From Macrostomum lignano (Eukaryota), in assembly GCA_002269645.1 (NCBI GenBank), contig NIVC01002700.1:1-64000 (forward strand): 64,000 nt of DNA. The letters run 5' to 3'. A program made the translations under genes and the position numbers. The notes beneath the pieces are model-generated. The model ran no database searches and was not told the origin of the DNA. It saw nothing but the letters and a program-made list of their open reading frames with translations. Each line of letters begins with the position of its first letter. Within the stretch, counting starts at the first letter, position 1. This document shows positions 45,001 to 57,000 of this stretch, piece by piece.

Positions 45001-48000
45001 ATTCTCTCCCTCCTCGAATTGCCATATTAAGTAACCCAGAAACAGTGCAACAGCATTATCCTTACCAGCCGAGACTGCGTCCACATTGCCCGCCTTCTTC
45101 ACGTTGCTATTGTTACTATCGTCCTCCTCGTTGCCGCTGGCTCCCAACAGATTAAAGATGATGCCAGCCTGCGAGTTGATGCCAACAGCCGTTACTACCA
45201 TTTTACCGGAGCCTTCCATCACGTTGGTGCCTGTTGGCAAGCGTTTTGGGCAAAGGGGGTGAATTGAAAATAATTAATGATTCTTAAGCTCGACATTTTC
45301 TCAAGCTCGAAACCTCTTAAGCTTGAGTCTTCTCAAGCCCAAATCTTCTCAAGCTCGAATCTTTTCAAAGCCGAAACTTCTCTCCAGCTCAAGTCTTCAC
45401 AAGCTCGAGTCTTCTCAAACTCGAGTCTTCTCATGCTCTAAACTTTCACAAGCTCAAAGTTTTACTTTGCAAAAAACTCCTGCTAGTCTCTTTTCCGCTA
45501 GCTCACAAATTAAAGTAATTTGACGATGTGAAATTTCTGATACCATTCACTATGATAAGAATTAATCTGGCTTTTTAGTTCCATCACTCATCACTGTGTC
45601 GAGAGTAGTCGTTGAACTTTTACGTGTTCCTGTGCTAGGCAGGGGCCATTCAGGGTTCAATAAGGCTGGGCGTCCAGGACCGGGCGTTTGGCGTTCACAA
45701 GCTATCCCCTATCGTTCAATAGAACTCGCCCCTATCCATTAGGATCCGCCCCTACCCTCCGTTAGGACTCGCTACTACTCTCTATTAGAATCCGCCCCTA
45801 CCCTCCATTAGAATCCGCCCTGCTCTCCATTACAATCCGGCCTTATCCTACATTACAACCCGCCCTAATCCTCCATTAGAATCCGCCAATACAGTCCATT
45901 AGAATCCGCTCCCATCTTACATTAGGATCCGCCCCCATCGTACATTAGGATCCGCCCCATCCTACATTAGAATCCGCCCCTATCCTACATGAATCTGCCC
46001 CTATCCTTCATTAGAATCTGCCCCTATCCTTAATTAGGATCCACCCCTACCCTCTATTAGAATCCGCCCCTATCCTACATTAGAATCCACCCCTACCTCT
46101 ATTAGAATCCGCCCCCATCCTACATTAGAATCCGCCCCCATCCTACATTAGAATCCGCCCCTATCCTACATTAGAATCCGCCCCTACCCTCCATTAGAAT
46201 CCGCCCCTATCCTACATTAGAATCCGCCCCTATCCTTCATTAGGATCCGCCCCTACCCTTTATTAGAATCCGCCCTTATTCTCCATTATGATCCATTGTG
46301 ATATGAAGTACTATGCCAATAGAACTAAAAAAAGCCAGGTTAATGAAAATACTACTTTAATAATAAAAAAATCCTAGTATTCTCTCAGAATAAAAAGCCT
46401 TTTTCATTATCTACCAAGATCGATGTGAAAAAAACAAAATTTGTCTAAAGAGCAAACGTGAGGAAAAGGGAACTGGGAAACTGGGAAAGGCGTGAAAATC
46501 TCGATGCATTAGCTTACTCCGCTCGATGATTTTAAAGCAATGCGCATCAAATTAATTATCCAGTCGGATTAGGAAGACAGCCAGGCTAGCTGGACTCTCA
46601 TACTCTCAACCCTCCCTCTCCCCCAGGCCCGTGCTGAGCACTCTCTGATATTGAGATGACGAAAAAGACACCAGCTCTAGGCTAAACTGAACTATTCCCA
46701 AAACGGGACCGGCGGAGCAGCCGCTGGTGCTATCAAAATAGAAGGAACGAACTCAGGCGTGCGCGTGCATTGGGAATAATTGACTGTCGAAATTTCCCAG
46801 AACCGAATTCCCCTGAGTGAATAATTACTGACTGGCTGAGTGAATAGAATAATAGATAGAAATTCGGCTGTGCTGGATGGCGAAATCTCCCGAAGATTTG
46901 AGGATAGTTAGGGGAATAATGAGAGCCCGATATTTGATAGACAGGGAGACACGCGAAATAGAGAGTAGTATTATGAACAAGTTTACACATGGAAAGAAAA
47001 TACAACAGCTAGTAAAATGGATATAGAGAGTAGAAAATATAGTAGAGTGATGGATAGAGTGAGTAGAAAAGAGAGTAGACAGTGATGGATAGAGAGAGTA
47101 GAAAAGAGGGTAGACTGATGGATAGAGAGAGCGGAAAAGAGAGTAGACACTGATGGATAGAGAGAGTAGAAAAGAGAGTAGACACTGATGGATAGAGAGA
47201 GCAGAAAAGAGAGTAGACACTGATGGATAGAGAGAGTAGAAAAGAGAGTAGACACTGATGGATAGAGAGAGTAGAAAAGAGAGTAGACACTGATGGATAG
47301 AGAGAGCAGAAAAGAGAGTAGACACTGATGGATAGAGAGAGTAGAAAAGAGAGTAGACACTGATGGATAGAGAGAGTAGAAAAGAGAGTAGACACTGATG
47401 GATAGAGAGAGTAGAAAAGAGAGTAGACACTGATGGATAGAGAGAGTAGAAAAGAGAGTAGACACTGATAGATAGATAGAGTAGAAAAGAGAGTAGACAC
47501 TGATGGATAGAGAGAGTAGAAAAGAGAGTAGACACTGATGGATAGAGAGCAGAAAAGAGAGTAGACACTGATGGATAGAGAGAGTAGAAAAGAGAGTAGA
47601 CACTGATGGATAGAGAGAGTAGAAAAGAGAGTAGACACTGATAGATAGATAGAGTAGAAAAGAGAGTAGACACTGATAGATAGATAGAGTAGAAAAGAGA
47701 GTAGACACTGATGGATAGAGAGAGTAGAAAAGAGAGTAGACACTGATGGATAGAGAGAGTAGAAAAGAGAGTAGACACTGATGGATAGAGAGAGCAGAAA
47801 AGAGAGTAGACACTGATGGATAGAGAGAGTAGAAAAGAGAGTAGACACGATAGAGAGAGTAGAAAAGAGAGTAGACACTGATAGATAGATAGAGTAGAAA
47901 AGAGAGTAGACACTGATGGATAGAGAGAGCAGAAAAGAGAGTAGACACTGATGGATAGAGAGAGCAGAAAAGAGAGTAGACACTGATGGATAGAGAGAGT

Positions 48001-51000
48001 AGAAAAGAGAGTAGACACTGATGGATAGAGAGCAGAAAAGAGAGTAGACACTGATGGATAGAGAGAGTAGAAAAGAGAGTAGACACTGATAGATAGATAG
48101 AGTAGAAAAGAGAGTAGACACTGATGGATAGAGAGAGCAGAAAAGAGAGTAGACACTGATGGATAGAGAGAGTAGAAAAGAGAGTAGACACTGATGGATA
48201 GAGAGAGCAGAAAAGAGAGTAGACACTGATGGATAGAGAGCAGAAAAGAGAGTAGACACTGATGGATAGAGAGAGCAGAAAAGAGAGTAGACACTGATGG
48301 ATAGAGAGAGTAGAAAAGAGAGTAGACACTGATGGATAGAGAGAGTAGAAAAGAGAGTAGACACTGATGGATAGAGAGAGCAGAAAAGAGAGTAGACACT
48401 GATGGATAGAGAGAGCAGAAAAGAGAGTAGACACTGATGGATAGAGAGAGCAGAAAAGAGAGTAGACACTGATGGATAGAGAGAGTAGAAAAGAGAGTAG
48501 ACACTGATGGATAGAGAGAGTAGAAAAGAGAGTAGACACTGATGGATAGAGAGAGCAGAAAAGAGAGTAGACACTGATGGATAGAGAGAGCAGAAAAGAG
48601 AGTAGACACTGATGGATAGAGAGAGCAGAAAAGAGAGTAGACACTGATGGATAGAGAGAGCAGAAAAGAGAGTAGACACTGATGGATAGAGAGAGCAGAA
48701 AAGAGAGTAGACACTGATGGATAGAGAGAGCAGAAAAGAGAGTAGACACTGATGAATAGAGAGAGTAGAAAAGATAATAGATAGTAAAAAATGAATAGAG
48801 AGAGTAGAAAAGAGAGTAGAGTGATAAATAGAGATTGAAGAAGCGAGTTAAGACCCGATAAATCACACAGTTAGTACAAGAACCTCAGAGTGGTTTACTG
48901 AATCGAAAAGCATTAGCAAGCAATTCATTGCGCCGAATGATTTCCATACTCAGTCACTTAGCAACACATCCGTTCGGCACAAGAGGTGACAGAAATTTAA
49001 AGTGAGTGTGCTTGAAAAGGGCTTACAGAAAATCCCAATAAAAGTGCTAGTAAGTTTTTCCGTCAATCTAGCAGACAAAGCGGGCACAAAAAGCCCATTT
49101 GCTTAATGGAAATGCTTATTTTTAGGCTTTCTGAATCCCCTTTTTTTCATGGCGCACTACAAAGAGTACAGACAGGATGTTTAATCATTGAAAAAGGTTT
49201 TCTTGAATAGCTAGCCCGAGTTACGGTCTGGCTTTAAATCTGGTTTCATCTGTCCCTATGATGATCTCACACGATAGCAATATTTGGTAACGGCTTGATT
49301 TGCAGGGCAGAGAGTTACTCCTAAACTGTTCGAATCTTATTTAAATTTGCTTCTTATTGGCAGGTTTTACTAATTGCAGCTTGACAGACATAATCGGATT
49401 ATAAACTTCCTGGTTGATCGGTTATATCGTATATTGATTGAATGATTTATTGGTTGACTGATTGACTGACTGACTGACTGATTGACTGATTGATTGATTG
49501 AATGATTAACTGACTGACTGACTGATTGATTGATTGATTGATTGAACGACTGACTGATCGATTGACTGATAGATAGATTGACTAACTGATTGACTAACTG
49601 ATTGACTGACTGATTGACTAACTGATTGATTGACTGACTGATTGACTGATTGATTGGTTGACTGATTGGTTGACTGATTGGTTGACTGATTGACTGACTG
49701 ATTGATTGACTGACTGATTGATTGACTAACTGATTGACTGACTTATTGACTGACTGATTGGTTGACTGATTGATTGATTGCTTTATTGATTTATTGATTG
49801 GATGACTGATTGACTGATTGAGTGATTGATTGGTAGACTGATTGATTGATTGACTGATTGATTGGTAGATTAAATGACATAATTATCGATTGATAAGTTG
49901 CTTGACAGAATGAATGATTAATGTTACAGTGAAACGCGGCCCTCACCGGACAGCAGCATCGGGTCGCGGTCTTCGCCCTTCTTCACGTGATCGCTCTCGC
50001 CAGTCAGGCTGCTCTCGTCCACCTTGAGGTCATTGCTCTGAATAATGATACCGTCAGCCGGCAGGGCGTCGCCGTATTTCACTTGGCAGATGTCGCCGAC
50101 AACAATGTCGCTAACCAGCACCTTGGACACCTGGCCCTCGCGGATGACATCGAACAGGTGCTCCTGCTCCAGCTTAGCCTGCAGTCCGCGGAACTGGCGC
50201 TCCTTGCTCCAATCGTTGAACGCGGTGACCAATACGACCACAATGACGGCTACGGCGATGGCGACGCCTTCAATCCAGCCGGCTTCTTCTTCGCTGTCGT
50301 CGCCGTGCTGCTCGCCAGGTTCCTTCTTGCGCACTGACGGGCGGTGGAGCGGAAAAGTGAGTATTTTTTTAAACTGTATTTTGCACAGACCAAAGCTAGG
50401 GGAGTTGCGCACCGCTGATGAAGAGCAGGAGAATGGACAATAAAACTAATGAAGGGGAAAAGGCCCCCTAATTGACAGTATATCAATATTTTCTACCAAC
50501 AGAGAACGGGCTTCCAGTTAAAGCTTTAGGCAGACAGTAATGGAGAGTAGGGCGGATTCTAATGGAGGGTAGGGGCGGATACTAACAGAGGGTAGGGGCG
50601 GATTCTAATGGAGGGTAGGGCGGATTCTAATGGAGGGTAGGGCGGATTCTAATGAATGATAGGGCCGGATAATAACGGAGGGTAGGGACAGATTCTGGTG
50701 ATAGAGGGTAGAGGCGGATACTACCGGAGGGTAGGGACGGATTTTAATGATGGAGGGTAGAGGCGGATACTAACAGAGGGTAGGGGCGGATTCTAATGGA
50801 GGGTAGGGGCGGATTCTAATGGAGGGTAGGGCGGATTCTAATAAAGAGTAGAGTCGGATTCTAATAAAGAGTAGAGTCGGATTCTAATAAAGAGTAGAGT
50901 CGGATTCTAATAAAGAGTAGAGTCGGATTCTAATGAAGAGTAGAAGCAGATTCTAATGAAGAGTATAGGCGGATTCTAGTGAAGAGTAGAGACGGATTTT

Positions 51001-54000
51001 AATGAAGAGTAGAGGCGGATTTTAATAAAGAGCAGGGGCGGATTTTAATGAAGAGCAGGGGCGGATTCTAATGAAGAGTAGGGGCGGATTTTAATGAAGA
51101 GTAGAGGCGGATTTCTAATGAAGAGTATAGGCGGATTCTAATGAAGAGTATAGGCGGATTCTAATGAAGAGTAGAGGCGGATTCTAATGAAGAGTAGAGG
51201 CGGATTCTAATGAAGAGTAGAGGCGGATTCTAATGAAGAGTAGAGGCGGATTCTAATGAAGAGTAGAGGCGGATTCTAATGAAGAGTAGAGGCGGATTCT
51301 AATGAAGAGTAGGGGCGGATTTTAATGAAGAGTAGGGGCGGATTTTAATTAAGAGTAGGGGCGGATTTTAATGAAGAGTAGGGGCGGATTTTAATTAAGA
51401 GTAGAGGCGGATTCCAATGAAGAGTAGAGGCAAATTCTAATGAAGAGTAGAGGCGAATTCTAATAAAGAGTAGGGGCGGATTCTAATGAAGAGTAGAGGC
51501 AGATTCTAATGAAGAGTAGAGGCAGATTCTAATGAAGAGTAGAGGCGGATTCTAATGAAGAGTAGGGGCGGATTCTAATGAAGAGTAGGGGCGGATTCTA
51601 ATGAAGAGTAGGGGCGGATTTTAATGAAGAGTAGGGGCGGATTTTAATTAAGAGTAGGGGCGGATTTTAATGAAGAGTAGGGGCGGATTCTAATGAAGAG
51701 TAGGGGCGGATTCTAATGAAGAGTAGGGGCGGAGGGTAGGGCGGATTCTAATGAAGAGTAGGGGCGGATTTTAATGAAGAGTAGGGGCGAATTATAATGG
51801 AAGGTATGAACTAAAGACTTATGGAAGAGAGAGATGACCCTTATAGAGGGGAGAAAGGATCTTAATTACTGGGAAATAAAGTGTACACTCAAGGTTGGAT
51901 AATGAGGTATCAGACATGCGCGCCAAAGGATGTGTGGCCCAGAGAAAAAAAGAAGATTCGAAGACTCCATCCAGACTAAGAGCAGGCTTCAAGCCAAGGC
52001 CAGTGTAAAAAATATGAATATCAATCTACTAATTGATGCCAGGCAGTTATTTCTCATGCATGCAACAGCACGACCCATCGCTGCAGTAAGTGTTAAGTTA
52101 GTAACAAGCCTACATAATTGAACAGAAGGGCTAAGAGTCTGAGTGACAAGTACTTCGTATCAATCCTGTAGAGTTGCGAATGTCTGAGAAGGCGACTTTC
52201 CTAGTGAAATCATCATCCAGCTCCATCTCTAAATCATTTCATCATCCTGCTTCATCTGTGATTGGTTTTCCATCAAACAGCTTCATCTGAGAATCATTTA
52301 ATTATCCAGCATCATCTGTGAATCATTTTATCATTCAGCTTCATCTGTGAATAATTAAATCATCCAGCTTCATTTGTGAATGACATTTCATCATCCAGCT
52401 TCATCTGTGAATAGCATTTCATCATCCAGCTTCATCTGTGAATCATTTTATCATTCAGCTTCACCTATGAATGAAATTTCATCATCCAGCTTCATCTGTG
52501 AATGGAATTCCATCATCCAGCTTCATCTGTGAATGCAATTATATCATTCAGCTTCATCTGTGAATGGAATTTCATCATCCAGCTTCATCTGTGAATGGAA
52601 TTTCATCATCCAGCTTCATCTGTGAATAATTTAATCATCGAGCTTCATCTGTGAACAATGTCATTATCCAGCTTTATCTGTGAATCATTCTGTCATTTAG
52701 CTTTTTCAGTGAATTATCATATAGCTTCATCAGTAAACTATCACGCAGCTTCATAAATGAATTATCATCTAGCTTCATCAATGAATTATTGAAAAGTACA
52801 TCAACTCACGCATCTGGTACACGGAGATAGACAAGGACACCACTGCGCACACGATCAGCATAATCAGGGTGTAGTCCTGCATAGCCTCCAGCACCAGCTG
52901 CAGGAAAGTCTTCGGCGGCTTTGGAGGGATGACATTGGCGCCGAACACCTGCTGGCGACGCGGAATTTCGCTCGCTTTGATGCCTGAAAATCAAAAAGGG
53001 AAGAATGATTAACTTCAGATTGTAACTCAATCCGCCTCTTTGCCCTCTAAATCTCACTGTCTAGCTACCTCTCTCAACCCTGAATCTCACTGTCTAGCTA
53101 CCTCTCTCACCCCTAAATATCACCCTCTAGCTACCTCTCTCAACCCTGAATCTTACTGTTTAGCTATCTCTCTCTCACTGTCTAGCTACCTCTCTCAACC
53201 CTGAATCTCACTGTTTAGCTATCTCTCTCACCCCTAAATATCACCCTCTAGCTACCTCTCTCAACCCTGAATCTTACTGTTTAGCTATCTCTCTCTCACT
53301 GTCTAGCTACCTCTCTCAACCCTGAATCTCACTGTTTAGCTACCTCTCTCTCTCACCCCTAAATCTCACTGTCTAGCTACCTCTCTCAACCCTAAATCTC
53401 ACGGTCTAGCTACCTCTCTCTCCCTAAATCTCACCCTCTAGCTACCTCTCTCCCCTAAATCTCACCCTCTAGCTACCTCTCTCAACCCTGAATCTTACTG
53501 TTTAGCTACCTCTTTCTTACCCCTAAATCTCACTGTCTAGCTACCTCTCTCTCACCCCTAAATCTCACTGCCTAGCTACCTCTCGCCTCCTAAATCTACC
53601 TCTCTCAACCCTGAATCCCAAGTGTCTAGTTACCTCTCCCACCCCTAAATCTCACTCTCTAGCTACTTCTCAGTTTTTGTCTACTTCTCATATTCACATT
53701 ATCACATTGTTTAGCTACCTCTCCCAACCCTCCTAAATCTCTGTAGTATTAGCAGCTGTATATATATAGCACAATAGACCCTAGCAACTATGCAAGTCTA
53801 ATAATGGTGCATAATTCTTATTTGTATCGATCTAAAAAACCAATAGAACAGCCGGCGAGCGCTAGAAGCAACATTAAGTAGACCGAAAGAGGAGCGAGAG
53901 AGGAGAGTGCAGACAAGCGAGCATTAAGTAGATGGAATCGACAATTGACTACGAAGCGATTTAAGTGGAAAAGAACAGAGCCAGGCTAAAAATAGAAATA

Positions 54001-57000
54001 CCGATCCTACTCTTCAGTTTTGATTCCAGTTCAGACTAGAGTTGATGTGAAATTATTAGGAGATGCTACTATCTTTAATGATGATGCGGAAAGGAAATTT
54101 TTAATTCTAGGTTAAATTATTTATGTAATATTCCTAATAATCTCTTAGGCATATTATAATACACAGAATAGTGCTGGGTTTGACTTAAAGACTGCTTAAA
54201 AATATGAATTTCGCTTCCTAATTAAGGGATTTAGTTTCTAAACAAAGAATTAGTTTTCTAAATAGGGATTTAGTTTACTAACGAGGGATTACTTAGTTTC
54301 CTAAATAGGGATTTAGTTTCCTGAATAGGGATTTATTTTCCTAAATAGGGATTTAGTTTCCTGAATAGGAATTTAGTTTCCTAAATAGGGATTTAGTTTC
54401 CTGAATAGGAATTTAGTTTCCTGAATAGGGATTTAGTTTCCTGAATAGGAATTTAGTTTCCTAAATAGGGATTTAGTTTCCTGAATAGGGATTTAGTTTC
54501 ATGAATAGGGATTTAGTTTCCTGAATAGGGATTTAGTTTCCTGAATAGGGATTTAGTTTCCTGAATAGGGATTTAGTTTCCTGAATGGGGATTTATTTCC
54601 TGAATAGGGATTTAGTTTCCTGAATAGGGATTTAGTTTCCTGAATAGGGATTTAGTTTCCTGAATAGGGATTTAGTTTCCTGAATAGGGATTTAGTTTCC
54701 TGAATAGGGATTTAGTTTCCTGAATAGGGATTTAGTTTCCTGAATAGGGATTTAGTTTCCTGAATAGGGATTTAGTTTCCTGAATAGGGATTTAGTTTTC
54801 TAAATAAGGGATTCAGTTTCCTGAATAGGAATTTAGTTTCCTGAATAGGGATTTAGTTTTCTAAATAGGGATTTAGTTTTCTAAATAAGGGATTCAGTTT
54901 CCTGAATAGGAATTTAGTTTCCTGAATAGGGATTTAGTTTCCTAAATAGGGGATTTAGTTTTCTAAATAAGGGATTCAGTTTCCTGAATGGGGATTTATT
55001 TCCTAAATAGGGATTTAGTTTACTAAATATGGATTTAGTTTCGTAACTAAGAAATTGTATCCAAATCCACTCCTACCTATCTATGTATTCCCAAACACGA
55101 ATTCCAATTACCGCCCAATGGAGGGACTTCACAGATAAGAGCAGTTTTCCCAAGCAAAAAATCCTAGTCTAACTAAAAAAACACTGAGCACTTTTTGACA
55201 GCCAGAGGCGTTGGCAAATAGACAGTCTGCAAACAGTTCTCCTCTCCACCTACACAGTAAACAGGATGTGTTGCTAATAGCAACAAAGCGGATTCGAGAG
55301 GAAAATACTGCCCAGCGGCTTAATGGCACTCATTAAAACGAGCCCATGTGAGAGAAAAACTACTCCAGAGTAGACTTGATACGCCCAAGGGAATGCAGTC
55401 CTAATCGAAACCTACTAGGCTGGAAAACGGACACACAGGTTGCTAATTAATCTCGGCTGGACCTGAGTCAGTTGAGAGTCAGTTGAGTCAGACGGGGCTC
55501 ATATAATTTCTCAGGACTTTAGAAGTCTGACAAACTGAAAAAAGTCACTACGCTGCTCAGGATCGAAGCGGACTAATTAGAAGGTGAAGAAGAGAGCACA
55601 ACAGGGCAGAGAGAGAGAGAGAGACGGTTGCCCAAAAAGATTGCTCTGTTTGACACTGATGAGCATGATGAAAATCCTTTTTCTTTTTGCCAGACAAGGA
55701 AACTGAAGAATTATCGGCTTTTTAAAGTTGAAGTCTTTGAACTTTATTGGAGAATTAATAAATCGATACCGTAGAGTACAAAGATTCACGCGTTGCTGAC
55801 CAATTTCTAAACAAATGAAATTATTGGTGAATCGGTAAAACTGGTGAATCTTTGAAATTAGTGAAATGGTGAATCTGTAAGATTGGTGAACTGGTGAATC
55901 TGTAAGATTGGTGAACTGGTGAATCTGTAAGATTGGTGAACTGGCGAATCTGTAAGATTGGTGAACTGGCGAATCTGTAAGATTGGTGAACTGGCGAATC
56001 TGTAAGATTGGTGAACTGGCGAATCTGTAAGATTGGTGAACTGGCGAATCTGTAAGATTGGTGAACTGGCGAATCTGTAAGATTGGTGAACTGGCGAATC
56101 TGTAAGATTGGTGAACTGGTGAATCTGTGAGATTGGTGAACTGGCGAATCTGTAAGATTGGTGAACTGGCGAATCTGTAAGATTGGTGAACTGGTGAATC
56201 TGTGAGATTGGTGAACTGGCGAATCTGAAAGATTGGTGAACTGGCGAATCTGTAAGATTGGTGAACTGGTGAATCTGTAAGATTGGTGAACTGGCGAATC
56301 TGTAAGATTGGTGAACTGGTGAATCTGTAAGATTGGTAAACTGGTGAATCTGTAAGATTGGTGAACTGGTGAATCTGTAAGATTGGTGAACTGGCGAATC
56401 TGTAAGATTGGTGAACTGGCGAATCTGTAAGATTGGTGAACTGGTGAATCTGTAAGATTGGTGAACTGGTGAATCTGTAAGATTGGTGAACTGGCGAATC
56501 TGTAAGATTGGTGAACTGGCGAATCTGTAAGATTGGTGAACTGGCGAATCTGTAAGATTGGTGAACTGGCGAATCTGTAAGATTGGTGAACTGGCGAATC
56601 TGTAAGATTGGTGAACTGGCGAATCTGTAAGATTGGTGAACTGGTGAATCTGTGAGATTGGTGAACTGGCGAATCTGTAAGATTGGTGAACTGGCGAATC
56701 TGTAAGATTGGTGAACTGGTGAATCTGTGAGATTGGTGAACTGGCGAATCTGAAAGATTGGTGAACTGGCGAATCTGTAAGATTGGTGAACTGGTGAATC
56801 TGTAAGATTGGTGAACTGGCGAATCTGTAAGATTGGTGAACTGGTGAATCTGTAAGATTGGTAAACTGGTGAATCTGTAAGATTGGTGAACTGGTGAATC
56901 TGTAAGATTGGTGAACTGGCGAATCTGTAAGATTGGTGAACTGGCGAATCTGTAAGATTGGTGAACTGGTGAATCTGTAAGATTGGTGAACTGGTGAATC

